DNA from: Rhizodiscina lignyota
Lineage: Eukaryota
Length of the DNA stretch: 64,000 bases
Direction: 5' to 3'
Assembly (NCBI GenBank): GCA_010015805.1
Contig: ML978123.1
Location: forward strand, 2,542,001-2,606,000
Shown here: positions 10,556-24,102 of the stretch, piece after piece
Layout: each line of letters opens with the position of its first letter
Numbering within the stretch: position 1 is the first letter of the stretch
Position numbers and translations under genes: made by a program
Notes under the pieces: model-generated
Told to the model about the DNA's origin: nothing
Database searches by the model: none
Seen by the model: only the letters and a program-made list of their open reading frames with translations

Positions 10556-12562
10556 GGTCCCGAAGGTAGAACTGATACGGCTCGCCCTCAATCGGCAATG
10601 ACTTGCCACGAGGATTGAAAGCTCTCCTCAATGCTAAAGAATGGAAACAAGGAGACCTTCACAATATGCCATGACGAATGACAGGAAGGTCACAAAAAGA
10701 AGGGAGGGAGACGCTCCTACGAAAACCATGGCAAATTTGATGCCCTTCGTTTCCCAGCCAAAGTTTGGCCCCCAGGCGCCTTCTGGGCACATCGAATTGA
10801 TCGAAAGGGAAATTTTAAGCCTCGAAAACGCCATCAATCATTTAATCCATCAGCCCTATAAGCAGGGGGATCGACTAACGCACGAGGTGACCTATCAGCA
10901 TTTGCAATTAGCACATTGCTCCTGCTGCTGCTGCGAAGCGCGGTCTCTTCCTGCATAGTCCGTACGTCTGATCCAGGGAGGATAATATACGCGTTGTGAA
11001 GGTATAAGCGAACTCTCGAGTGGCGGTTTGTCGCTGTTGCTTAGCAGATGTTGGATTGCAGGCGAAAGAGAGAAATGGGCCGGCATGAAGTTTGACCTTA
11101 GCTTATGGTGTCACGATGCCAAGCCATCGCTAGTCGATATCGTGCGAGCTGAAATAACGTCGTCTTTAGATATTCTGCATCTCTTTCTCCATTCTTCTTT
11201 CCGACGAGGTCATTAAGTACTTAAGGCTTCTATTCTCGATGGTGGAAAGCCAGAGGCGTCGCCGTCTTTTCGAACAAACTTCAGCACTATGAGCTCTGTG
11301 TCGCTACGAAACCTCGAACTCGTAGTTCTTGGGGCGACGCATTTGTTAGCTGTTTGGCTCAATTCGTTCCATTGGTACAGTTCCGAAAAGCTCTCTACCG
11401 GAGACATATTTCGCGTTTCGTGTCATCGTACGGAGTACGCCAGTGGAAGTTCCACAGGCTCTATACATTCACTGGTCCTGCATTAAAATCAGTGATCGAT
11501 TTCTCAGTAATCATATTCAGAACTCAACTCACATTCTCTGTTCCCATTATTCTGGCATCTTGACGAGGGAAATCGACGCGAGATCTCGCAACGAGTGTTC
11601 TCTCTGATACTCCTCGCAAATGGATCCGAAGAATTCTAGAAAACTTTGCGATCAGTTGATGGACGCCCTATAAGTTACTGTCAGAAACACCTTCTCATTT
11701 TCTCACGAACTAAGCTTCTACAGATACAAGGACTGCTCGGAAAAGCCCTGCTTCGTGGTGACAGTGTATGCCTCAATCCTCAACATGAGGTCCAGCACTT
11801 CCTGGCGATGTCAGATCCTGGTCTCCAGGTAGACTCTTCATCACGGCAATTCGGCGCTCGATCGGAACGTTGTAGCGCGTGCAAAATCCGCTCATGAGGC
11901 GGTTTTTCGCTCTCGCCTTTGCAGACTACCCATCACGACTGTACTCGGTCCGATCGCTTAATTCGACGATCAAGGCATCGACTATCGATGTGACTGCGAT
12001 TGCGACAATCAAGCAGATTCCATGCGTTCTGGATTACGTCTTTGAAGATAGCCGAGGAAAGAGACGAGACACCTGGTCCACGAGCTACGACATTGAGTCT
12101 TTGGGGGATTGAGCTCTCTTTTAGGTACAACAGGCCTAAATGCTTCAGATGCACTGTTGTACTGTTGGATTGACTCCATGGAAGTTGGGTTGGAATCTTT
12201 TCATGAAGCAGGGAAGCCGAAGGAGAGTCATGTTGGATGACAAATTGTGGCTGCTATTGGTCCAAAAGGGGCCCCAAATGCTGACAAGAGCCACAGGCGA
12301 CCCCTGCGCCGCAAATTGTTATAACTTCTTGAAAGGTACATTGCTGCTCGCCAACGTCCGTTATATAGCTTTTTAGTGCCTGTTTGCGCAATCAGCGAGC
12401 ATCTAACTGAATAAGTAAGCCTCAGGAGATCTTAGGGAGTTGACTGACTAGGTATCGTACCATAGAATCTTAGCGAGCTTATTCTTAGATCGTAGGGCTA
12501 CTTTAATACTTCAATATGAGCACCTCAATCATTTTCTCGGCACTCTGGCGTTTTATGCAAAC

Positions 12563-13668
12563 ATGAAAGGCTTGACTGACGCAAAAGGCGAGTATCCTCG
12601 TGTCCGGTATGCTGCAGATGCCTACGCGGCAGACAACAGCCACCGACGACAGGGCTTGCGGCCGCTCTTTTGGATATTCCCTTGGGTCACAACTTCACTC
12701 CTTCTTCTTCTCAGTCTTTATTTATCCGTTAAAGAAATAGTCCGGCTACGAACCGAACTGAACACTACGCTTCGGTTGTATCACAAACTCGACACGGACA
12801 TAGATAAATTCGGCTCTTTCTCGACGGGTTGGAAAACAGACTTCGGTATGCTTTTTGTGCATTGAATCAATTCAACTGACTGATTGGGTCTGATATTTCC
12901 AGGCGCAGCAAAGACTGCGATAGAGGTCGAACGAGTCAGGTTCAAAGGGAGTCCAGCATTTAGATCCGATGGCTCGGTATACGTACCGCACCCAGGGCCT
13001 ATCGATTACGTCGGTGAGCCGAGTCCTGAACTGGATGAACAGTGGGACAAGCTATTACACAGTAAGGAGTATCAAGCTATTTTTGCGATCAGAGTCGACT
13101 GATAATTAAATCACAGACAACTCCTTCATGATTACGGAGGAAGAAGCTCGAGCCACATGGCCGGAAGAATGGGTACAAGCCTATTCAAAGATGCCCGAAG
13201 GTGAATCTGGCTACCTTGTAGAGCTGGATATGTTTCATACATTGGACTGCCTCGTAAGTGATTGCATGCAATCGTGAATACTACTGTTATGTCACTAACC
13301 AATCAACTACAGAATGAGGTGCGGAAGATGCTATATCCCAAGTACTACGGAGCAAAAGCGGAGTACAATGAGTTCAAAGATCTTCACAAAGGTACGCATG
13401 TCAGCAAGGTCTCAATGTGTGGAATTCTGATAGGTTTTAAGGACATTGCATCGATCAAATACGGCAGCACATTATGTGTTCAGGCGATCTGACGCCCGTT
13501 CCTACGAAGTCCTACGATGTTCTCGACGGCGTCAGCGTGAGATATGTCAACTCAAACTATCCTCACACGTGTCGAAACTTTGACAGTATTCGCAACTGGG
13601 TCGACGAAAGGGTAGTGCGGTACGACCGAGAGCGGAACATGAAGAAGTTGATGCACGGCGATTACTGA
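12563..13668 (+). CDS. DUF3328 / UstYa-like oxidase
   Basis: Five exons. N-terminal TM, GFSTGWKTDF-like segment, YVGEPSPELDEQWDKL, ELDMFHTLDCLNEVRK, HKGHCIDQIRQHIMCSGDLTP and HTCRNFDSIRNW. Confidence 0.92.
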
Positions 13669-14449
13669 TATTTATGGGCGGAGTTGCAACTGGCTGTTTA
13701 AGAAATTAGAATCGTGTGTATTATGATTAAGTATAATCGGCTAAAACGGCTTTCATATGTGAGGCAACTCAGCCAAGATGGCTTCAGACATTTGTATAGT
13801 AGTTATGGTCTAGGTCACAAAAATCTGTATCAACTATCGCCAGCAACAAAACATCTCAGAGGCAATCATTTGAAAGACGATTATCTAGTCTCTCGAGTCT
13901 TTTCGAGAGGACGCGTAAAGCCGGGATCTGCTCGGGGCCAGGTTGTCTGATAGGCGGGCCGTGGAAGATCCCACGGCACGGTGAAGTGAGATAATCCACT
14001 TCAGTTTTACCAAATTGGCCCAGTTTAGACGACCAAGACGCCCGCATAAAGATCTCGCGATACTAGTCTCGCAAGGGCCATCGTGTCAGACTGAAAGCGA
14101 GAAGAGCGGCATGGCCACATACGAGACAGTACGTAGTGGTTACTCTGTTGGTTGTCCCCTGAGCCTTGGCAGGGGCAAGTGCATAACTATGAACGAATGA
14201 CACGGTAGGGATACATATCGTGCATCTTTAGATTGATAAGAGCTATATGGCTACATACCGTGTCCTGTTGTGGATATCATAAACATAAGTATTGAACGCC
14301 CGACCACACTGTGTCCGTTCGCATTGGCGATTCTTCATGGCACTCTTTGGATCCAACGCCCCAAAAGAAATATATACCATCCGCAATCTGGAAGTGCAAC
14401 TGTCCATAAGGTATTTCAAGCAGAGTATCGAGGTCAGCGCAGGCTGTGA

Positions 14450-17003
14450 TCAATAAGGACTATTGACCACTTCGCTCTTCCTCAGCCCAGAGACACGTCC
14501 AGCACCGCTTCTGCGCGGAGTCCTCATACCTTCTCCAGCAATGCTCTCTCTCGTAGGTCGCTTGAGCGCTCTACGCGCAACCATGTCAACCTCATTCGGC
14601 AACGCGACAATAAGGCTCTTATCACTGCCGAATCTGAAATTGTCGGCCTTGACTTCTTCGCTGTATCGCTTGATGCTGTACGGGTCTTTCTGACCTCTGA
14701 GCACCTTCTTGAGCGACCAAGTAACGATGAAGGGACCTGTGGCAGTGACAATGGTGGTCTCCTCAGTGTCGACACCCGTATTGAAACGTGCCGCAGTGAA
14801 CGACAACGGAGCTTTCGTCTCATGCTGGAATTGCGCAACGTGTGACGGTGTGAGAGCGAGGCGCTTCGGCTGAGGCTTGGAGTCTTTCGCGAATGGCTTT
14901 TCAAAGCCAAGCTTGCCCTCATTCTTGCCATCTTTCTGCATCGCGTCGATAAGTAGAAGATACGTCTTTGTCGTTGCGAGGATGTATCGGCCGTCCTTGC
15001 TGACATCGATGCCGATGACGGGGTCACCGAGTGCAGGAAGTTGAGTCTTCGCGCGGATACCAAAGCGATCGAACATGCGGATATCTCCTTTGTTGGAGGC
15101 AACAGCAATGTATCCTTTGTCAGTGGTAGCGGCGGCGCTGAAGTCGGCCTTTGTCGCATATTGCTGATGCTCCGAGTCGACGAGCTTGTTACCCGCAAGA
15201 CGAGGATCAATGCGGAAGAGGGAGTTGTTGGAGAGACCCAAGAATGTTTGCTCGCCAGTCATTTGGGCGAATTTCTATTAGGAATTAGCATGTGCCGTCA
15301 TTCTGTAGATAACAATAATGTTTACCTTCTCCGGTGCGAACGTTGTGACTGGAATATCATCATGGACCTTCCATTCATCGACAATCTTGCCATACTCCAA
15401 ATCCATGCGATACAAGGAATTGGGATTGTCGGTGTTCTGCAAGATCATGTCCTTATCCTCAGCGTGAAGCATAACCTTCTTAGGGCTGAACAATTTGCCC
15501 TTTGGTGTCTCGACTTTGGAGATGTTCGTAGAGAACTCGAGATGGTTGTCCGGAGTATGCTTGAAGACGCCAATCTTGGAGCCTCTGACCACGAATGATC
15601 GATCATGCTTGTAGCCCACAGCAAGCTGTGAATTCACATTGCCATCCTTGTCGACTGTTTCGATATCGTCTTGATCCTCATCACTGTCGTAATGTTCGCT
15701 ACGTGGGCGTCCGCCTTCGTCCTCATCCTCTTCGTCTTCATCTTCTTCTTCGTCTTCCTTGGCATCGACATCTTCCATTGTAAGGTCCTGGAAAGCTTCA
15801 AGGACATATTCGCGCTCGTCATCTTTCTGTTTCGCCCATTTCACCTTGTTCAAGTGCTCCCAAAGCGCTTGCATCAGGCCCTCCTGAAAGCGTTCTTCCG
15901 TTGGCTGATCCTTGAACCGCAACAGCCATGAGTATGCGGAACCATCATCGGTATAGTGGTTGAAGATGAACGACAGAAATTCAAAGTTAAAGACAGGGTT
16001 GATGTCTTCAATAACCTGTTGGCCAAGCCAATCCCTGTCCTTGCTGGTTATTTGCAGCCAGTATTTCCAGTCTCCAACTTCCGATACGGTTGCAGTGACT
16101 TGTGGATCTTGCATGACGAACGTAGATGACTCAAAGTCGAAGAGGTGGAGCTCAGCCGTCTCCTTCGCAAGCACTTCTCGCCCCTCTGGCTGAGCCCTCG
16201 AGGCTGGCGCCTCTGTCTGTTTCCCTTTCTTCACCACCGCACTGGTCTTTTCTTTGACCATATTGGCAGGACTTTCCAAAATACGCGATGTGGAAGGCGA
16301 CGGAGATATGGCTGGTGATCGTTCCGCAGGGCTGAGGACTGGGCTCGCGGTAGGGATCGGCTCTTCGTCGAACGCAAATTGCTCAAGGTCGCTCGATGTG
16401 GCAGTGTCGCGACTCTTGCGATACTTTCGCTCGTATTGGCACTGCGCCGCAACAATCTCGAATTGCGCAACAGTCTCGGCAGCGGTCGAAGAGTCGCAAA
16501 CGAATTCATAAACGTCTCCAATATCTCCACTCAAGTCTCTCCAGGCCAATATTTTCTCTCCTGTAGACCTCAAGTCAATGCGAAGCCTCAGACTCTCGTC
16601 TAGCAAGAACGTCTTCTCGTCTTTCTCAGTGGCTAGTTCGCCAAGGCCGTCTTCGCCTTCCTCGTCTGCAAGCAGTTCCTCCTCGCCTTCCTCGTATGCG
16701 CGCTGAATCACAAGCTGGTATTGGAATTCTTGTCCTGTGCGGCGAATGGAGGCTGCGGCGTCTTTGAAGATAAGTTCGGAGTAGCCCTTTACGGACAGTG
16801 GTCGTACAAGGTAGAGCTGGCCTTGTGGGATTTCGATGATGGATTCTTTGGAGCTGTCGCCAAAGAGAAATTTGCTGACTATGGGAGAAGCATTTGTCAG
16901 TGCTTGGGCGTGAAACGGCTGTGGGTGGTACAAATTCCAAGCGTTTGCGCAGAGGGTAAACAAGCTAGAAGTGGGATTACGTACCATTCCTGATCATAAA
17001 CAT
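14450..17003 (-). CDS. VID27: Vacuolar import and degradation protein Vid27
   Basis: Short first exon MFMIRN, then IEIPQGQLYLVRPLSVKGYSELIFKDA, PH-like domains, an acidic linker, NSQLAVGYKHDRSFVVRG and a beta-propeller C-terminus. Two introns. Confidence 0.95.
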
Positions 17004-20000
17004 GTCGGCGGTGGTGGATCTCAGCAGGCTCAAAGAAGATGAAGCAGAGGTGGAGGAACCATGGAGAGAGAGACTGTTATAAGCGCGTCGCGTGAGAGGA
17101 TGAAGAGAAACACAAGGCGACAGCAGGATTTAAGACATGGAGTGTTGACTTGATTTTGGCGGGCTAACACATCGAAAAGGCGATGACGGCTGCCTGCAGG
17201 GATGGAGAAAACACCATGTCTTGGCAGTGGCGAATTTCCATACATCTAATATGGTCCCGGGTTGGCTTCATTTTCACTTGCTTCAACTGTGGACATGAGG
17301 AATAATTATTGGCCTAAATCTATCATTTTATACATTCTTTTTCATCTCTCAAATTCTCCTTCTACTACCATAAATAGCAATATGTTGATTTCCTTTCACT
17401 TCATATGATCTCAGTCAATGAGAAGCCGTTCAGTTTCTCAGAGACAAGTGAGGAAACTGCTATAACCACTTTGAAATGGAGATGCTGCATACTTGTGTAT
17501 CCTATCATTGTAAAGATCACCAAGCTAGCTTTCACAAGAGTCTACGGCATACAATAATTTCAACGATGCAGCGGATAGCAGCAACTGTGTTTTTGTCCGA
17601 GTTGTGGGAATTGATACTGAATTTTTGGTCATTGCTTCGAAACACTATGTATGCGCAGCAGCGCAGGACACTGCAGAATTTCGGGGCAGTTATGCCATTC
17701 ATTGCCTATAACTTCTAGGTCATTCTAATACTGTCCCTTCGTCTGTGCACGTCAGACACTGCTTTGAGATAGATTGAAGTTCATCGAGAGTGTATCTACA
17801 CATGTTTATGGAGTACTGAGCTTCGAAATCCTCATATGGACATTGTACTATGTGCCAGACGTACGAGAACCTCGTGAGCATTTTACCAGGCCAAGGGGGA
17901 TCCCGGCGAAGTGGACGTTGCAGAGTGCTCGGAGGTGTGTTCTGAAAAGAGTATTATAGTCCCCGGCCATCTTTCGTCAGGCCGTCGCGTACGCATATCG
18001 GCTACTCAGCTACGTCCCGGTGTCCTTCGGTATTGAGGCTGGCTCCCGTAGCGTGTTCCCAGCACGACGGTTCATCTCTCGCTGAACTACTCTATTCCGG
18101 AATCGCCGTTCGTGTCTTTCTCGGAGACCCTCTTCACTTTCCTGGCAAAGGTGAACAGCAATGCTAAGCGCACTCTCGGCGCCCTTCGGCATAGACGCGT
18201 CTCGCTTGTGGATAGATCCACAATGTCGTGTGAGCGGTGTAAGTTCTGTGATGTCACTCGTAAATCTGACATAGGAAACTTCGTTAAAAAGATCCACTTA
18301 CACGGATGATAGAGCCCATTAAGGTGAGGAAAACGGCTATCGGCATACTGGCATAGATGATAGATCTGGAGTTCAATCCGGCCGTTTGGTGGAGCGAGCG
18401 TCAGTGGCGGTCTGAGACAGGGTGATTCCCCTTGCCAGAACAACGACATCGCACACTGAATGAAGAAATCTGATATTGATTTTGCGAAAGGAAGGAACAG
18501 GCTTGGACCGGAACAGATAGAAATCTTCATGGAACCTTGGATATCACCAGACCTTACAATCTGGAATAATTTCTCTCTCTGAGCGCGTTCCAGAGATAAA
18601 CGCGCTTCGTCGAAGACAAAATTGTGCTTCCTACAAATCCACATATGAAGCCTCCCAATCCGGCTCCTTATTGGCCTTCTTCTAGTCCTTAGAGTCCATT
18701 CGGCTTGGAAGAAGAGGTGGATTTGCCGAACCGGTATTCTGGCCGCCTCCGCTGCGGTGTGGTTACACAAGAGAAGCAGGTGCAGGGTTACTCGCATGTT
18801 GATGAAGAAAAGGCAGAACCTTATCCAAACCTCGCGTCGACCTTTGATTTTCAACTGTTCGTCCGCGGACGACCACCAGACATTCCAAGCAAGGGAGAGA
18901 GACCCTTGCTGCGGCAGCTCGTCGCGACTGAAGCCCACAGAAAGAAGCAAATCAGATCCAAGTACCAGGCCGTCGGCCGCCGTGTCAAGGAGGTTACTCG
19001 ATCAGTATTCGTAACTGTAAGTTTACCCGCTTCACCGTCTTGGTTCTTCAGGCTTTCTTGCGCGCGCCTGGGGCTTCTCTTGCATGGTGCAGACGCATGT
19101 CATGTGCGTGTTTCGTACAGCTGTAGGATTGTCCAAGACCAATCGTATCGTGTTCCTCACCGCCATAGATGTGGTTGGAAGGTGATGCTGAGTTGTAGGA
19201 AGAAGCAAGCATGTCATCGTGCGTTGTGCTGCGACGCAAAGCCGACTATTCCGCTTAAGGGGTTCTTAAAACCTTCGGCGTTGCTTAGGGCCAAACCGGG
19301 AACACGTGGTAATCTCCAGTGGTCCTGCATCGGAGGAGCCTCGAAATTGATTGGGGGTTGTGTGTGGTGTCTTCGAAGTAAAAGAAAATCAATTGCAGGT
19401 GGTGGACGAAGGAGGAAGCTGCTAGACGAGACTGGTGCAGAGTCACTGGTATCGGGTTTGAGAGCCGTTGGAGCCTCAGACGAGGACAAAGTTTCCCTGG
19501 ACAAGCTTGTCGCCGCAAGACGATCTGCTTATGCGTTTCAACTCGTCAATGTCCCCTTTTTAGCGTGCCGTTTCGGCGGCACCCATCTCATCATCTCGTT
19601 TGGCGCACTCGGGAGACCCAGGTATGTGGGTACATACTACCTGTAGTCGGGTACAGGGTTCTGCACGCTTGCACCATTGCCGTGTCTTCGAAAAAATCCC
19701 CGAGGAACTGCGAGCCTCGAGGAGCTTAGCAGCGGACACATCACAATTTCTTGCGTTTCCTCCTTCGCTAGGCGTGTCGATCGGGGCTGAAGATTTCGTA
19801 CAGGTTGCTCGCGAGCAGTGAGGCTGCAACAGCATCCAGATCAGTCGAGGCTACTTGTCCAACCTTCTGCAGATGGTTGGGCGGCCCGGTGTCATTGGAC
19901 GGCTACTGGATCTACACCAAAGCCGCTCGTGTCGGATGATACTACTTGTCTTCGAAGCAATTGATTCGTAAGAGGGTTTTCGCATGACTCCGTTGGTCGG

Positions 20001-20283
20001 GAGGACTGTAGGGATAACCCTCTTATCATTCCTCTGACGAGCCGCCGGCCGTTGGGAAAGCGGCCGTGGACCCCGAAGGGACTGCCTCTGGAAAAAGTAC
20101 GTCCACCGCCCTATATGCAAACATTCTCGTTTTTGGATTGCCTATCCCACCCTGCAGACCTCGTGAGCGACCGGAACGGACCGTGTGCCACATTATGCTT
20201 TCTCTAGAGCTAGAGGGCCATAAAAGCCATGCATGCCTCATCTCGTTTCTCCCGTTTTCACGATGTTCTGGAAGCTCATCGCC

Positions 20284-22393
20284 ATGGAGTCTGCAGGTTC
20301 AGCAAAAGCCCATTCGTCGGACAAATCACCGTCCACCCTGCCTGATGAAAAGTCCCAGCCGATAGTCTCGCAGCCAGCAATGGCGACTATCCAGGATGAT
20401 GATGAGCGTTTACTCGCTCGTATCGGGTACAAACAGGTACACAAGAATTCTCCCACACAATTCACAATCAAGAAGAGCTCACGAAGTCTAGGAACTGAGA
20501 CGAGAATTCACAAAATGGTCTACCGTTTCTTATGCGATTTCCATTCTCGGCGTCCTTGGCTCTGTACCAGCTACAATCGGCAGTCCACTCGGCTCCGGAG
20601 GTCCAGCCACCGCAGTGTGGGCATGGTTCATTGGCTCTTGTATGGCAATGTGCATTGCAAGTTCAGGTTCGACGCGAAGCGTTTGACGAGATTTGATGCG
20701 TACATGCTCACTCAGAACAGTTGCTGAGCTGGTATCGGCATACCCAACGGCGGGAGGGATGTACTTCGTCACTAAGCACGTTGTGCCTCCTGAACACGTC
20801 GCGATATGGGCCTGGATAATCGGGTGGTGCAACTTCCTTGGCCAAGCAGCCGGAGTTGCGAGTGTGGCTTACACCGTGGCACAAATGATACTGGCGGCAG
20901 CGGCGATGAACTCCCACCTAAATCCGGATGGAACTTATGCCTACCAGCCGTAGGTCCTAGCTCCTTCTTCATCGCGATTTCTACTGACGAGCAGCATAGG
21001 AATGCAGTTCAGACCGTCCTCCTCACAATTCTTTTGCTATGCGTCTTCGGAACTATTTGTTCTCTCACGACGAAATCACTACACAAGATAATCCTATGGT
21101 TCGCGCCCATCAACAGTGAGAGATTCAGACAAAGATACCATCAATAGAGGCTAATTTTTCCAGTTCTTGGATCTATAAGCATTTGCATAGCGCTCCTCGT
21201 TCTTACGCCCAACAAGCAAAGTGCGAAATGGGTTTTTACAGAAGTCACAGATGGTTCAGGATGGGGAAGTAAAGGATTTTCATTCCTACTTGGGTTCGTC
21301 AAAGGCACTGTTCTGTTGAAAGGGCATATCTGACCGGTATAAAGTTTCCTGTCTGTTGCGTGGACAATGACCGATTACGACGGAACTACACAGTAAGTTC
21401 TTGGCCTGTTCATCACCTATCGCTCTGCTGACCATTGTTAGCATGTCAGAAGAGACGCACGACGCAGCAATCCGTGGACCCCTTGCAATACGACTTGCTA
21501 TCTTAGTATCAGGTGTCGTGGGCTGGATGCTCACGATCACTTTCTGCTTCTGCATGTCCGACTTTGACGCCATCCTCGCCTCACCCACCGGCCTTCCAGT
21601 AGCACAAATATTTCTCAACGCAGGAGGTCGAGTCGGTGGAACGGTGATGTGGTTCTTCGTCATCTTGGTGCAGTTCTTCACGGGCTGCTCAGCGATGCTG
21701 GCAAATGCGCGAATGGCATATGCATTTGCGCGAGACGAAGCCTTTCCATTCTCCGGGTACGCTGAAGCCCTCCTTATTCCGCACCAGGTACAACAACAAG
21801 ATCTAACTACTTTGAAGTTTTTGGAGTAAAGTCAATAGTCTTACAAAGACTCCGGTTAACGCCGTCTGGCTCGTCGTTACTTTCTGCAGCCTCCTAATCC
21901 TCATCGGAATTGGGAGCACTCAAACAATTATCGGCATCTTCAATATCACAGCACCGGCATTAGATCTCAGTTACATTGCTGTCATTCTCGCCCATCGCGT
22001 TTACGAACACCGGGTACAGTTCATCGAAGGACCGTATTCCATGGGAATGTGGAGCAGGCCGGTCAATGCTATAGCCATTGCCTGGGTGTGCTTCATTAGC
22101 GTGGTGCTGTTCTTCCCACCTACCAAGCCAGTCACGGGTGCCAATATGAATTATGCGATCTGTGTTGCTGCAGTTATCGCTCTAGTAAGCTTAACATGGT
22201 GGTTTGTCTCCGCACGACAGTGAGTATTTAATCCCCGAGAGTACGCTTGATGAGTGCTATGAAGCTGATGTGGATACCCACGAGTAGCAAATACACCGGT
22301 CCTCGCACCAAAGACCTCCTAGACCTAGTCCCGACAGAGGATCCAGACCTTATCCGAGAATATAGCCAACAGCTTCCTCCACCCGAACCTTAA
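20284..22393 (+). CDS. APC-family amino acid/GABA/polyamine permease
   Basis: LARIGYKQ|ELRREF, AELVSAYPTAGGMYF, SEETHDAAIRGP and ARMAYAFARDEAFPFS. About nine exons assembled through GT-AG introns; stop TAA at 22391-22393. Confidence 0.92.
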
Positions 22394-22615
22394 TAACTAG
22401 AAATTCTACATCAAAGCTTCGGCTACGGCGGTATGAAATAAATATTCGACTGTACCTTTACCACTGGCGTACAGAACATGCTACGGGGCAGGGTTGAGTG
22501 ATACCCAATTAGACGGGACACCTCAGATTTTCCGTGGACGATCATACGATGACATGACTTGGATTTTGGAAAGCATTTGGAGCAGACTTGATTATTTAGA
22601 TCTTTCTATTGTATT

Positions 22616-23941
22616 TCAATCTTTAGAGCTATCATCTTTCCATCGCCATAGACAAAGCAGCTTATCGTAGAAGCTTGTCGAAATGATGTTACGTTCCCCA
22701 TCCTCTTTCGACGGTTGTATGTCACTACCATAATTCATACTTTGATGTTCTTCAAAACGTGCGAGGACATCGATCGACCAGTCGTCACGTTGCTTCCGTA
22801 TTTCAACAATGCGTGCTCCTGCATGCATGCAGCTCGCTAGAACAACCACGCGCATATCGGCATGGTCTGCAGCAACCCCCGACGATTGAGATCCTTCAAT
22901 GTACTTCAAGCGCCAGACACCGCCTCCGAGATTCAGTTCCGCAAGGATTTGTCTCCTGAATTGTTTGCTGGAAACAATACGGATTTTGTCGTCGTAGCTT
23001 CCCGTGATTATAACACCTCGAAGCAGAGGCAAGATTGCAGTAACTCCCGCAGTATGAGCTTTCCTGTCGACCCAGCGAGTGCATTCATCTCCACCGAGGA
23101 AGTCTTGGTCCATACTGGCACTGTACGCTGTCGTATCCGGCTCGTCTGGTAACGAATGACAACGCAGAGTGCCGTCATCGCCTCCCGAGAACACACATTT
23201 ACCATCTACGCCGAACACGACAGTCCACGCTTCGAGTCCATGAGTGATCAAATCAACTTGCCAAATGATGTCGGGAATGTCTTCTGAGATTGGACCGTAC
23301 GTGAGCTGGCATAATCTCACTTGCCCAGTGGAAAGAGTTACGGCCACAACATCACTTCTGTTTGGGTGCCATACGAGAGAGAGCACCAAGGTATCCGACG
23401 AGGCTACGCGGAATTTTCGAGGTCGGTCATTCTGAGGTCCTGAAGCTGCCAAATCATGCAATTCAAGAACGCCAGTGGATGTGGCGACGCAGAGCCGGTC
23501 CTTGGGCTCTTCTCGCTTTATTGGCCGAAAGTGGAGATCCAGGACAGCTCCATTTGTATCAGCCTTGTGAATTTCTGTTCTAATTTCTATCAGTCGGCGT
23601 GATATGCGAAAAGCTGCAACGCGTTTAACGACAGCATGCCGAAATTGAGCGGATTAAGACAGAAACGGATGACGTAGTTCGAGAGCTACAAGTTTCTTCT
23701 TGGGTAGCGTTCAGTCCATTTGGAGCCCTTACATGTTGTCGCCACTCAAGCGGAAATACACCAGCTCTCCATGACGCGTCTGGGGCGTCGAATTTTCTAA
23801 GGTCGCGTCCGCGCTGTGGCCTGGAGTTTGTTCCAAGACGTATGTGCCTACAACAAAAACATCGGGAAACAACGCAGAGAACTCAATGCAACTTGGCGGA
23901 GCTTCCAGTATCAAAGATTTCAGTGGCACAATAGATGCCAT
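22616..23941 (-). CDS. DPH7: Diphthine methyl ester hydrolase Dph7/Rrt2 (WD40)
   Basis: PPSCIEFS...FVVGTYVL, HGLEAWTV, FSGGDDG, HTAGVTAILP, TGSYDD, LGGGVWRL, ASCMHAG and TSFYDKLLCLW. One intron about 23580-23732. Confidence 0.9.
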
Positions 23942-24102
23942 TTACCTGATCATCCACATGTAGAGCAACAAACGCTATTGTAGTCCGTACGGAAGTTTGA
24001 AAATTTGGTACATATGTATATCAGTAAGAGCTGACTCATCATTGCCAAGCATCACGGAAGCTTCGTCTTCCAAACCAGCTCGAGTAATCTCCACCAACTA
24101 AC

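Noticed and set aside
11879..12112. Short ORF with KRRDTWSTSYDIESLGD as a possible RiPP precursor for the DUF3328
   Set aside because: No convincing signal peptide and no repeated core. It appears to continue in another frame, like a decayed gene.
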